DNA of 60,094 nt, filler included, from Sphacelaria rigidula (lineage: Eukaryota), in NCBI GenBank assembly GCA_964200075.2. It is 10 parts of 10 records of this genome, joined end to end, with 100 filler letters (N's around TTAATTAATTAA, not from the genome) between each part and the next. Parts side by side here need not be neighbours in the genome. Positions count along the whole stretch, not along the records: positions 12,041 to 17,960 come from CAXNAA020023490.1; positions 18,061 to 23,980 come from CAXNAA020023491.1; positions 24,081 to 29,999 come from CAXNAA020023492.1; 7 more parts are not named here. One strand, written 5' to 3'. Made by a program: the position numbers and the translations under genes. Under the pieces are notes generated by a model, which made no database searches, was not told the origin of the DNA, and saw nothing but the letters and a program-made list of their open reading frames with translations. This document shows positions 13,171-24,780 of the stretch, piece after piece (within the stretch, counting starts at the first letter, position 1; each line of letters begins with the position of its first letter).

Positions 13171-13548
13171 GGTCGCCCGACTTAGGAATATTTATCAATT
13201 TTCGCAATCTCTCTTAAAACAAATCAGTTCGATTTTGCAACTACATAAACATAATTAAAATGACTATTGTGGTCTGAGGGAAAGTGGCCGCTTTGCGTCC
13301 GTCCACACGTTCAAGATACTGAAAAACAGCAATACCAAATTTTCATGACAGAACGGAACAGAAATTGACGGTTTACGTTATCATTAGAAAGCAACAGGCA
13401 TCAATCGGTTTGCAGGTTGGGAAGCGTGGAATTTCATAGAGAACCTATATGTTTCCCCGCGAGTCTGACATGCAATTGCAAAATCTGGGCCGACCTCTTT
13501 GTATACCTGGTGGGAGGACAGGGAAGCCGCAGTTCCTCAGACCACTAG

Positions 13549-13850
13549 AAACAACGTTTTCGTGAGATTGAGAGTAGAGCGCTGACTGAGAGTGGCTTTG
13601 ATCATTTGCCTTCACTTAGCTAATTTTTCATTCCTTGGGTACTTTTCCTTGCCTCTATCACTAGCGTGTGCTCACAGCTACACGTCGATATCCCACTCAG
13701 GAATATCACGGGCCTCAATGGCAAGCTACTACCGAAAGCATCTCGGGCCTCGTGAAGGGGCGTTTCGGAACTGAAACGACCCATTCAATAATTAACCGCT
13801 TTCCACTCTCAATCGTATCCTCTACTCTCAATCTCAAGAAAACGTTGTTT
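13549..13850. mobile_element. MITE family D, copy 2
   Basis: ~45-bp TIRs AAACAACGTTTTCGTGAGATTGAGAGTAGAG… / …CTCTACTCTCAATCTCAAGAAAACGTTGTTT. Confidence 0.85.
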
Positions 13851-14059
13851 ATGAAGTCATTTTAATCATGTTTATGTAGTTAGGTGAAAAAAGCGAGCTG
13901 TTTTGTTTCGACAGAGATTGCGGAATTTGATGCATGTTGCGACCACCTTCCCTCAGGTTCTGAGAGCCGTTTGAATTGTGTAGATGCAGTTAATAAAAAT
14001 CAACCTCGCTAGCTTTCACAGGTCTTGCGACTTCGGTGCAGTTTGTTACCGTGACCACC

Positions 14060-15090
14060 TCTGAGCAAACGGGAGTACGCGCGGTAGAGCAACGAAAAGT
14101 AGCTATGATCCGGTTTGCCTGCTGTACTGCCGACAGCGTCGCGTGAAAGCCACAAGACCCTTGCTGTCGGGGGTTGATGGCGTGGGTCTCGAATGCAATG
14201 ACATGCGGGTGGTCGTAGAGCACTCTCGTCTCTCCTCCCAACTTGTGATAATCCATAACCTCCTGACATCGGAATACTTATTACTTATGGGAAGCTACTC
14301 GCACTGTACCGAGCTGTCCACGCAACGTGTGCTGAATATTGCCTATGCGCCACGCTAGCAACAGTTAGGTCAACACTATAGGTATATATTTTCACTCCGC
14401 ATGTCAAAAGAGGTCTCTGTAACTGTTTGATCTCTCATACACCCCCCTCAACTGGATTGTGGCACGCCCTTCTGCTCGGGCACCCGGTTGGGGGAGGTCG
14501 GGGAAAATCAACGATGAATAACACCCCCTAAGTTCAAATTAGATCTATCTGTTATTGCCGCAGCACCGCCCTTGCTGGAATGTTTGTGACAGAGGACAGT
14601 AGTAGCGGTTACGGGAATATTGCCCTAGTTTTTCAACGACATGTTTTTCAGCGCACAGAGGCGCGTCCTGTCCAAGAGGAGAGGCAGAGAGAAATCGATC
14701 TTCGCGTTGGCGACAGGCAAGAAGAGACGACGGAATCTCTCCGCAGCTTGATGTTCTGGCACATGAAAAACTTGGCACATGCTGGTGTAATAACATCGAT
14801 GATGTCAGTTTCTCGAGCGATTGGTAATCGCCGAGCGAGGAAACACAAAGAACACGGGCGAGGAGCTTCCTCTCTGTCGTTGCTTCCCCCTCTGGTAATA
14901 TCGTCATCGATACGCGTATACACCGCATTCGTTAGATGTACCTAGCCACAGCTGCTTAACTGCTGCGGACATTTGAGAGGGAAGATGGCTACGTTCGGTC
15001 GCAAGTGTTTCGGGTCTTCCCTGCAAAAGAGAAATGCCACTTCAACCTCATTTTTTGTATGAACCCCATTTTCTAGGATCCACTGCTATA
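14060..15090 (-). repeat. Repeat family C, right arm
   Basis: Inverted copy of 12041-13170. Its outer ~190 bp recurs at 36119-36303, and partly at 48157-48210. Confidence 0.85.
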
Positions 15091-15094
15091 TCGT

Positions 15095-15672
15095 AGCCTN
15101 NNNNNNNNNGGTCCGGCGAGAACTCGGCGTGTTCCGTCCCGGCTTTGTAGGGGCAGACCCCCGATGGGGTTGGCGTCGGTTGACGATGACGCTATAATAC
15201 ACGCCACTCACTGCGTAAGCTAGGCAACAGGGTTACCGTGGCTTTTTGCGCGCTTGCGTTTTTTCCCCGGTAACCATGATGTTAGTCGAGCCAGATCATG
15301 TTGTGCGGTGTGGGAGAACCTCAACTCCGCACAATGAGGATGATCGTACCACGTAGTGGGCCTATGGTGAGACACCCAGGAGGCAGCGTTTAATCCGTGG
15401 CTGTCTCTGGAAGAGGCAATACCAGAATATAAAGCAACTCATTGTAGGCTGTCATGCAAATGCAAGACAACCAGTAGGCGTCGGGCCGAACGATCTTAGC
15501 GGGATGCAGCTCACCCTTCATGCCACTCGCCGAACACACCACGGCGCTCCGCGCTTCTTGGTAACTGAGTGCGAGCCTTGTCCGGCGAAAACCTGGCGTG
15601 CTCCGTCCCGGCTTTGAAGGGATGCGAGGTCTATGGTCTTATGACTATGGCATGCATGATCATGAGTACACC
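15095..15672 (+). mobile_element. Repeat family B: ~570-bp element with an internal ~50-bp direct repeat (A…A-B layout)
   Basis: GTCCGGCGAGAACTCGGCGTGTTCCGTCCCGGCTTTGTAGGG at ~15111 and GTCCGGCGAAAACCTGGCGTGCTCCGTCCCGGCTTTGAAGGG at ~15580. Homologues at 6021-6373 and 39955-40052. Confidence 0.75.
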
Positions 15673-15849
15673 ATCCCCCTCCAACATCATATCAACCACC
15701 AACCATCCAACCAATTAACCAATTATTCAATAAATGTAGGGTCTTGCTATTTACGTCAATGTTGACGCACTGTGTTACATCCGCCAACATTGACGTAATC
15801 TGTTACATCCGTCAACGTTCAGCATCCGTCCCACAAGCCCCGATGGACA

Positions 15850-16850
15850 CAGCAACACATGGAAAACACTCACAAAGTCTCTAGCTATCGTTCAAGCCAT
15901 CGCACGGAGCAAACGGACCCGTACCGGATGAGATACGTGCTTGTGGCAAGGTGAGCGCCGCACCCCAAGCCGTGTAGTACTTCAAGGAATCGAAGTCCCA
16001 CCCGCCTCATAAGGACCCAGTAATCTATTGTGTACACTTGGGAAGTCCTCCCCTGTCGTTCGATCCATTACAAGCAGCGAACAGCTGCGTAGCTATGTTA
16101 ACAGAGCCCTAGCTGCACGGTGCAGCTGCCGACAAGATCGCCGAGTATCCATATCCCCAGACCGCGGGTACTGACGAGATTCTATTCTGGGATGGCAGAC
16201 ATCTGAATGGTTGATCATGACCATCAGACGGTGTGGACACCGGGACACTCGTTGCCTACGACGCAAGTTGACACGGAACGTATCGAGACACGAAAAACAT
16301 CCCCGGCGGCGAAGCTGTGGACAAGATGGAACGCTTCACCGTAGATCCCGCAGTAAAGTCACTGGCGAAGTACAAGCATGTGCTGTCTTTTGTCGCCCGT
16401 CCCCCGGAGTTGGGATCACGGCATGGTTTACCCGTGGATTGCGCCAAGCTGGTGGAGGCGAAGAGGTGGGCCTGGAAACAGGAAAGCCCCTTCAGCGGCG
16501 AAGTCCTAGCAGACTCATACCAGGTATACATCGTATGGATGCGTACCACCCAAGATAATGTATCTCCGTATCTCCGGCATGGTCGTGAGATGCACATGAA
16601 GTTGACATCACGAGACGAATCACAACCGTCACTGTATTATACATGTTTCGGTTGGGGCATCACCCGGTGCTACCAGGTACGGAAAAGGTAGGGAGCAGTG
16701 CAGACGAGTCCATACGCCTGTGTGCTAAAGAGGACTACATCAACAGAGAGAAGGTAGAATGAGAAGCACGCGGCGATCGTTCTCAAGATGGAGTAATTAC
16801 GCACAGGGCATAACGAGTACAGCGTGTAACACGTACGGGGTATAACACCC
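15850..16850 (+). pseudogene. Decayed intronless coding sequence of unknown origin (includes ORF 16317-16691)
   Basis: Protein-like reading segments (LHGAAADKIAEYPYPQTAGTDEILFWDG…; GGEAVDKMERFTVDPAVKSLAKYKHVLSF…) broken by stops. Confidence 0.3.
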
Positions 16851-18449
16851 CTTGACAGGAGAACACCGATGACATAGCCCACCGTCACAACAGAGCGCGA
16901 AGTTGTCAAGAACTTGGGAGATAATGACGCCAGCATCGTTTTTGTTGAAAAAAGTGAAGGTACCACGGGTTAACAGTTTTGCTGGCCCCGACGAGAATGT
17001 GATCTTCACAATTCGGAAAGGGCAAGGGAGTCGGCACGTCGGCCATGACTCGTGTTTTTTTTGTATTTTCTGCATTTTTGTTTTCACTTTTTTCTTGTTT
17101 TTTTTGCTCTTCTGCGCTTTTCGTGCACTATTCTCTGCTTTCTGCACCCCCCTCCCCCCTTTTCCGCCCCTGCGTTTGCACCAAAAATGACCCGCCAACG
17201 GTTGAGACAATACCAAAAAGGAGGAAAAGTTCAGCTAGGCTAGTAAAATGGTGGGGGACGACGTGGGGAGCCCTGTTTTTACTTGACTTTTGATCGGGGC
17301 TCCCCAAGGTACCAGCCTGGCTTAACTGTTGACGTGAAACGTTTGCTGTATCTCCACAAATCAGCGAGATAATCTGGTTTTCATGCAATTTCTTATCACG
17401 GCCCTTTTTCGGCGCAAAGAAAACATAACGTTTTTTTTCTGCGATGGCATCTGCTCAATTAAAAAAAAATCTGCTACTTGTTGTCCTCTTGCTCCTCTTT
17501 TGCACAGCGGGTTTTTTGCGCAAAGAAACGGTATTCTCCTTTTTCTGCTTGTTCTGCGATCGTAGAAGGAGCGCAGGCCTATTGGCAGTTGAGAACCTGC
17601 AAGAATGCACTGCACCTCAGAATGACAACATACCGCCTCCACAACTACCGTGATTCAACCAGGCCCCCACGCAAGCGGCTTCCTCGGTAAACGCACGCCG
17701 CCATTTGACTACCCCCGGGAATCCCTCCGCACGAAAGTTCACACCTTTTCAGAGAAATAAAACACCGCTACTAGAGGACGAGTGACCTCTGGGAGGATTT
17801 CATGTTGTGCTGGGTCCGTCTCCCTCCCTCTAAAGCGACCAGCTGTGGGCTGTTTCCCTACCGGTGTTCAACCCCTGGGCAGGAGGATACTACCCACCCT
17901 CCACAGGGATGAAACGGTTCCACCGAGCTTCTGTCCCCTTTGGAACGGTGAATGTCGTATNNNNNNNNNNNNNNNNNNNNNNNNNNNNNNNNNNNNNNNN
18001 NNNNTTAATTAATTAANNNNNNNNNNNNNNNNNNNNNNNNNNNNNNNNNNNNNNNNNNNNTGAAACAAGAGCCTAGCGGTGTAAACCTGTCATACACGTG
18101 TAGAACCAAGGGTACCGACGTAGTTCTGTCTCGGAAATGCCAGGAAGACTCAAGCCGGCGTTCAATCTCGTTCGCGAACTATCGTATGTACAGTATGTGC
18201 TGTCGTGCGAATGACCAAGCATTCGAATCTTGAAAACTTGAAATGAGACAGTGAAAAGACAGGGAAACTTATTCGGTCAAGGACGAATGCATGATACACT
18301 GTAGAGGAAGAAGCGTTATACACTCAAATAATGCGCCTACGATCAAACATACGATAGGCGACCGTCAGTGCCACGCACACGGTGACTTTACGCGTTACAC
18401 GACACGTCAAAACACCTCCAACCCTGGTGTGAGCCGCGATATGCGTAGA

Positions 18450-18725
18450 ATGAAACGTTAAATTCGAACGTGCACGTGTCAATGTCACGTTACATAATAC
18501 GTGACACGTGATAATGTCACGTGACATATTACGTGACATGTGACGAAACGTCACGTTAAATTTTCAACGTGATTAACGTCACGTTCACGTCACGTTAAAT
18601 TTCCAGATGGCACGTTCACGTCACGTTACATTTTCCAAACGTGACACGCGTCACGTGTCACGTCACGTTAAATTTGACGAACGTGATTCACGTCACGTTC
18701 ACGTTCACGTTCACGTGTCACGTAT
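18450..18725. repeat. ACGT/CACGT-saturated low-complexity repeat
   Basis: Dense TCACGT, ACGTGA and CACGTTA motifs. Confidence 0.75.
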
Positions 18726-18799
18726 CCCTCCCTGGTTATAACCATGTACTGTTCCACCGCAATAATATTTATTCGTACCTTACGAATCAATCGTTAGAC

Positions 18800-18981
18800 C
18801 TTGTTTCAGCGCTGCACCCCAGGTACTCGCATCCTAAGTACGTGGAATAGCGCAAATTTTGCGCAGAGGTGTTTTTGACCCTTGGTCAACTTTTTTTTAT
18901 CTCTTTCGAGCAATCAGACCTCGGAAATGGAAATTTTGGTGATTCGAACAAGCGGTGCTCCGTCCGACTCGTGAAACATTT
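18800..18981 (+). repeat. Interspersed repeat, second copy at ~23650-23820
   Basis: Shared ACGTGGAAT.GCGCAAA…TTTTGACC…GAGCAATCAG…CGTCCGA. Confidence 0.6.
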
Positions 18982-19162
18982 CACATCCTGGACAATGACA
19001 ATATATGGTCAACAGATGCAATAGACCTAAAATGTACTGGGTTGAGTACTGGCCTATTGCGACTGACATATTGTCGACCGACAATAGTTGCAGTGGGCCC
19101 ATTCTCAATTCAGTATTTCCGGAATCTATTGCATCTATTGACCACATATTGTCTACGGTGTG
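18982..19162. mobile_element. CACAC-terminal MITE with perfect 8-bp TSD
   Basis: AAACATTT|CACATCCTGGACAAT…ATTGTCTACGGTGTG|AAACATTT. Confidence 0.85.
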
Positions 19163-19419
19163 AAACATTTCCGATGGACCGAGCTATTCGCCTCCTTACT
19201 TGTAGTTACACGGCGTCTGCCTCTATTTATTGCTCATGTCGATGCTTTTGCCTGCCGGTCTTTTCTTTTTTATTCAGCTGCTTCTTCCTTTACCATATAC
19301 GTTTAATATTTTGCCTGACCTCCGTCTTCTTCGTCGACCGACGCGTCGCCGTGTTTCCAACTCTCATCTTTTTGCTGTGCTCCGTGTCTCTGTGATCACT
19401 TTTTTTGCGTGCGAGACAG

Positions 19420-19494
19420 TTCGTGGTCCACAACAAGCAGTGTAACGTGTGCAACAAGGAGTTCACCAACCAGACCTGGAAGGCTGTGGTTCAG
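19420..19494 (+). CDS. NMD3: NMD3-like 60S export adaptor, internal exon (GC donor)
   Basis: ACAG| FVVHNKQCNVCNKEFTNQTWKAVVQ |GCAAGT matches the NMD3 QC..C…TW.AVVQ motif. Confidence 0.85.
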
Positions 19495-20974
19495 GCAAGT
19501 GTGTGTGCCGTATGTTCTCTCCCGCTCCCCCCCCCTGTTTGTTTCTTGTTCGAGGAGAGGGGCTTAGGCCCTGCTCGATCCACACTATGCGAATTTGCTG
19601 TTATCTATAAGAGTGCATGCAGCGTACATTCCTTTTATTGTGAGATCTTTTTCGCCTGGCAAGCCATGCTGCAAAGGGTCGATCATTTATAGTTTTATTG
19701 CGCTAGTTCTTTCTCATCGATTCTGGTTTATATACTTTTAAAATATATTTCCTAGCTCTTCTCCGTCCCCTGGTTTTCCTTTTCCTTTTTTATGCTTGTT
19801 TTTTATTATCTTTATTCCTTTTTTTTTTTTGTTCAGTTTCAATTCCGTCTTGTACTTTTTTTTTTCGCTCTTTTTCTGTAGCGTGCGTTTCTTGTTTGTT
19901 TACCTTGGGTATGTCCGCCTTGTATCTAATGACCACGACTGGGTTAGTCCGTCGGAGATCAGTTCCTGTGCGACAAATATTACAAGGATGTGTTGGGAAG
20001 GGTTGAAACCCGGATATTTCGATTGATTTGATCGGTTGATTGTCGCACTTTAACTGACCCCCCCCAGGGATCCAGCCGTCTTCACGTAAGAGACGTGCCT
20101 AAGAAAAACAAAACGGAGACACTCGTTGAAAAAAAAGAATGAACAGGAAAATAAAGAACAGGACGACATAATAGCCTAAGACTTGGAAAAAGAGAATGAC
20201 ATTCAAAGTCAACAAAAGCAAAGCACAGAAAGAAATGGTCGATCTAAAAACAAATACATCTCCCCCGAATTTTGTGTTGCGATGGTCCGATCTCCAAGCT
20301 CTACCCAAATAATGGATATCGTTGGGTACGATTGCAATGCTCTATCCACCATCTACCTTTTGTTGAGTATGATATTGATACTCTTACGTGAGTTTTGGCT
20401 ACTTAGAGTTCGATTTTTCGAAATACCCGAATGTAGGAAATGCCCTACCCAGCACAGCTTGAAACTTTTATCAATCCAAAATCAATGAATCAATCAATAG
20501 ACACATATCTCGTCATTTTATTTTATTTTTCAATCTTTTCTCCTGCCTCGGGACGAAGCTGCAATGTGAAGGAATCAAGAACTCATCTTTGTCCCCGACA
20601 CTTTCTGCCCAAACGTTTGTTATCGGGGGTTGGATCAGTACTGTCCCGCAGGCCAGTCGACTCACGTTTTTTTTTTTTGCTGCTCACACCCTCACGCTTT
20701 CAACGACAAAAAAACAGGTTCTTGTGAGGACCATCATATCTCTCTGGATGCGAATCCGCAGCCTTCCGCATAACTGATCTTTGATGTACGATTTTAATTC
20801 AGACCCTCGGGGCGCGGCGGTAGTCCATGTACTATATTCCATCGTTTTTTCTTCGCTTTTTTTTCTTCACTTTTTTTCCCCATCTTTTTTGTTTGTCTCT
20901 CGTTTTTGTTCGGCTTACTCCGTTTAGTATCATTCTACTTGTCTTCGTCTCGTCTCCCTGTTCTATACTATACT

Positions 20975-21172
20975 GGGAGATAGATGGTGGCTACAGACGG
21001 CGAAACAGAAAATGGATAAGATGTGTAAAAAGGTTCTTCTGTGATCTATGAATGAAACGTAATAAGCACCCAAAAGCTGCAGGTGTCTCTATGAGGAATA
21101 GGAACGATCTTCCGTCTCGAAAGGGATACATGGTCAATGGTCAAACGACCAAGGCACGCAACGAACGAGGAC

Positions 21173-21175
<3 letters not shown>
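20975..21175 (+). mobile_element. 5'-truncated 3' end of the 9745-11940 LINE family
   Basis: Matches the reverse complement of 9750-9925, including GAAAGGGAT.C.TGGTCAATGGTCAAACGAC. Followed by poly-C. Confidence 0.8.
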
Positions 21176-21203
<28 letters not shown>

Positions 21204-21499
21204 CCCCCCCACTCGCCTATCCCGACAGTCGCGGATCCCCNNNNNNNNNNGAGATACCGAGCCCCAGCTCCAACACCCCCGCGCGCCGCACAGCGGGGGG
21301 GCCCCCCCCCCCCCCCCCCCTCCGTTTCTCGAGCTTCCTCTTCTTGTAGCGAGTGTTTCCGAGTTGCTCCCCTTTGGGTGCCATACGCGCTCTCATGTCG
21401 TGACCGCAGCTGTATCCTGTGGGGGGATCAGTTTTAATATGCAGAGACCATACATGAAATAAAAGATCAACTCGCGTGCGCCAATCGCCAATCAAATGC

Positions 21500-21872
21500 A
21501 GTGTTGTGTTATGTAGGGTATGTTGTATGTTGTTGTGTGTTGACGTCCCATCTATTCTGGACGCCGGTCTGCACCTTTCGGTATATGTAGGCGCACCAGC
21601 CGGGGTCACACAGGAGGAAAGCCAACACATGATTTTTTTTCCCACTTCTCCACCTTCCTTCTGCGGTGCTGCTTGCCTTTTATTTTTTATCGCGAGAGGG
21701 GTTTAGCGGTGCCTTAACCCCGTCGACCATTCAGTCGAATTTTTTGTACCCACGCCGTAGTCGCGCTCCACTGTTGGGCACGGTGTGAGAAATATCCCAG
21801 ATCGCTCCGAGATTTGAACCCACGACCCAACCGTCAGAAGGTTTCGAGGTTCCCGACTGAGCTGCCGGGGCG
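21500..21872 (-). mobile_element. tRNA-derived SINE family 1, full-length
   Basis: Head with A-box-like CAGCTCAGTCGG and B-box GGTTCAAATCT, conserved body, and a 3' (CAA/CA)n tail. Five related loci lie elsewhere in the window. Confidence 0.85.
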
Positions 21873-22183
21873 TCGGGCGTATACACAGGCTGAAATTCGG
21901 ATACTTACTGAGGTGTAAAAGAGGTATGTCACCCGTAAATGCCCTTCCGAATCATACCAGAGTCTTGAAAGCAGGGCTCGATAACCTGCCGAGCCATACC
22001 GTAATGTGTACCGTGTATTCTGGTATGGTTTAGAATGCCAACCAAACAATTTCCCACTACTGGGTATAACCTTCACCTACAGAACACAACCCCGAAATAA
22101 TCACCCATGTACGGGATGGCATGGACGTGCAAGGCTTAGTATCCCCTCATTCTGTTCCGTACGCTTGTGTGCATCTATCTCAG

Positions 22184-22276
22184 CTAAGACAACGTGCTGG
22201 ACACAAGCGCACCATGCTGCTTCTGGAGCAGCGAATCTTGCATGCAGACGCTCATCGCAAGTGCTTGAATGTAGAG
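22184..22276 (+). CDS. NMD3: NMD3-like internal exon
   Basis: CTCAG| LRQRAGHKRTMLLLEQRILHADAHRKCLNVE |GTGAGG matches the RQ…HKRT…LEQ.IL motif; phase 0-0. Confidence 0.9.
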
Positions 22277-23125
22277 GTGAGGGCATTGCGTGCTGAGTAG
22301 CCCCCCCTCCCTCGCCCCCCGCGCGCTCGAGGAGCACAGGTTGTTTCTCATATTAGGCGTTCCCCATAGATGTAGGACCCGTGGTCGCGAAGCCATGGCA
22401 CAAGAAGATAGCGTACTAACCGGAGGAAAAACGTGATGGTACACCCACGAAGGAGGAAACGCGACGCCCTGAAGAGCGGGGTTATACAAAAGTATATATA
22501 CGACTCGGACGAGCAAACTAGAAAAACAAGACAAAGTCGTCAGCTACATGATGTAGTTTTGAGAGTTCGGGGGGGGGGGCTCTTTTCGGTTCGTTCCTTG
22601 GTTTTATCTCTAGTGATCACGCAGAGGTTATGCGGGTTTGTTATGAAAAACCTCACTGTTTAGACCCCTCAATTTGATATAGACTGTCAAGATCCAGGTT
22701 TTTGAGGGGTGTACTCATCATGCTGCATGCCGTGGTCACAAGGCTTGATGCATTGGAGAGGGGGGGGGGGCGGGGGGGGCAGCACCAAGTGCTCCCGAGC
22801 GTGTGCAGCATGCGATTTTATGATGCCAACGCCCACTTTTGTCAAGATCATCTATCCCGTGCATCACCGTGTTGCGCGGTTAGAGTTTAAAATGCGATAT
22901 TGAAAGAAAAAGAAGAGGCATGCATGTGTCAGTCGTGAGTGTGTTGATGACGAACTGGCGTGTACTCGCATCGTCGTGTTATGTTCGTTCACAGAAGAAT
23001 ATGACGATAAATACACGTTGCATTTACACATGCGCTGTGGAGTAAAATTTAATCGTCGACATTTACCCGTGCGTTTATTGTTTTTAATTTGAAATATATA
23101 TATGTATATATATATATATATCAAG

Positions 23126-23233
23126 ACTGTTCGTGGAGGGATGGACGTGTACTTTGGAGCCAAGCACGATGCTGCGGAGTTCGTGCAGTTCATGTCATCT
23201 GTGGCACCCATCCGCTGTCGGGAATCAACCAAG
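23126..23233 (+). CDS. NMD3: NMD3-like internal exon
   Basis: TCAAG| TVRGGMDVYFGAKHDAAEFVQFMSSVAPIRCRESTK |GTACAG matches the G.D.YF…A..FV.F…V.P.R motif. Confidence 0.85.
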
Positions 23234-24080
23234 GTACAGATGACTGATATCGCGATAGGACCGCCCCCCCCCCCCCCCCCCCACCCCCCCCAATCCCCCG
23301 ACCAAAACAACCCCACCACCAACAATCACTAGGTCGCGCCAACAAAAAAAAACCCCNNNNNNNNNNTCATCTCCTCTTTGGCCCCCCCCCCCTGTCGGAA
23401 ACCACCCAAGCCAAAGATGCCTGATACCGCGATATAGCCGCCCCCCCCCCCCCCCAAAGCAGCCCCAATTCTGCCACGAAGAAAATGGCCATACAACGCA
23501 TGATAACTGGTTCCAGACTACATGAAGTACCCCACTTCGGCGACGTCGGCGATAACGATCGAAGGGTCGGACAAACTGATGATTCGTCTGGAAATCAATT
23601 GAGTTTAGTCTAATTGATTTGTACCGTACATGTCATTCCTTAGGCTTTGTGTTCAGCGTCGCAACCCAGGCACGTGGAATGGCGCAAACATTGCGTGAAA
23701 ACCCTTTTGACCAGCGATCATTTTTTTTTAAATTTATTGAGCAATCAGGTCTGAAAAATCGTGGATTTGATTATTTGAACCGGCGATGATTCGTCCGAAC
23801 CGTGTAACGATCCCAAGCGTGGGAGCCCCCAGCTGTTCGGTGTACTCTGATTCACATGTAGATTTTTGCCCCCTCAAATCAGTCACTTTTCTGGGGGGGG
23901 GGGGGGGGCTATCGCGGCATCTTCCGCATGTGTCGTTTTCCAGTAATCGATCCAGGCGTGCGTGTTGTATATATAGAGAANNNNNNNNNNNNNNNNNNNN
24001 NNNNNNNNNNNNNNNNNNNNNNNNTTAATTAATTAANNNNNNNNNNNNNNNNNNNNNNNNNNNNNNNNNNNNNNNNNNNN

Positions 24081-24152
24081 TGATGCACCCACATACACCG
24101 AAAGGTGTAGACTGGTGCCCAGAATAAATGGGACGACAACACACACACACAC
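24081..24152 (+). mobile_element. SINE family 1, 3' fragment
   Basis: CACATACACCGAAAGGTGTAGACTGG…ATGGGACGACAACACACAC tail. Confidence 0.75.
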
Positions 24153-24159
24153 ATTGTCG

Positions 24160-24500
24160 TCGGCAATGTCTATCGATAGACCAGTTTCCCTCAATCTTGC
24201 CTGGGCAGCAGTCTGCTGTGGCCCCACACCGAAATCTATTGCGGCCCACCAAATGCATCGATCGATAGCTTCACAAATCTATTGATGACGGCAATTGCTG
24301 TCGATAGACCGCGTGCCAAATTTATTGATCACGAAGATGGCTATTGACAGATTGTATACCAAATCTATTGATGACGGCAATAGCTATTGATAGATTGCGT
24401 GATAATCTGTGCATGGCGGCAATGACTATGGATAGATACATACGAGAATCTACTGTGGTATACAATGCCTACCGATAGATATCCTCCGTCGTCTATTGCC
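24160..24500. repeat. Degenerate ~43-bp tandem repeat
   Basis: AAATCTATTGATGACGGCAAT.GCTAT.GATAGA units. The same unit recurs at 25430-25680. Confidence 0.75.
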
Positions 24501-24780
24501 ACATCTACATCGCAACATACTACGTATAGAGCATATTATACTCCGTTAAGGTACGGTAGAGAAGCCACAGGTGGACATGCAGTGGGTAAATAGTTTTACT
24601 ACTTGTGAGTATATGACGTCACGTTTCTACAACTTTGGAACGCCTGCATTTTGTAGGAATCCGCAAAGTGCGTGGATAAAAGTGTACACGTTTTGTTGTT
24701 GGTGTGGTGTTGGTACTTCTGCTTGTCCCTCTGATTGACATGAGCGCTTAAAGTACTTTTGTGTGTGGGTGAGATGTGCT

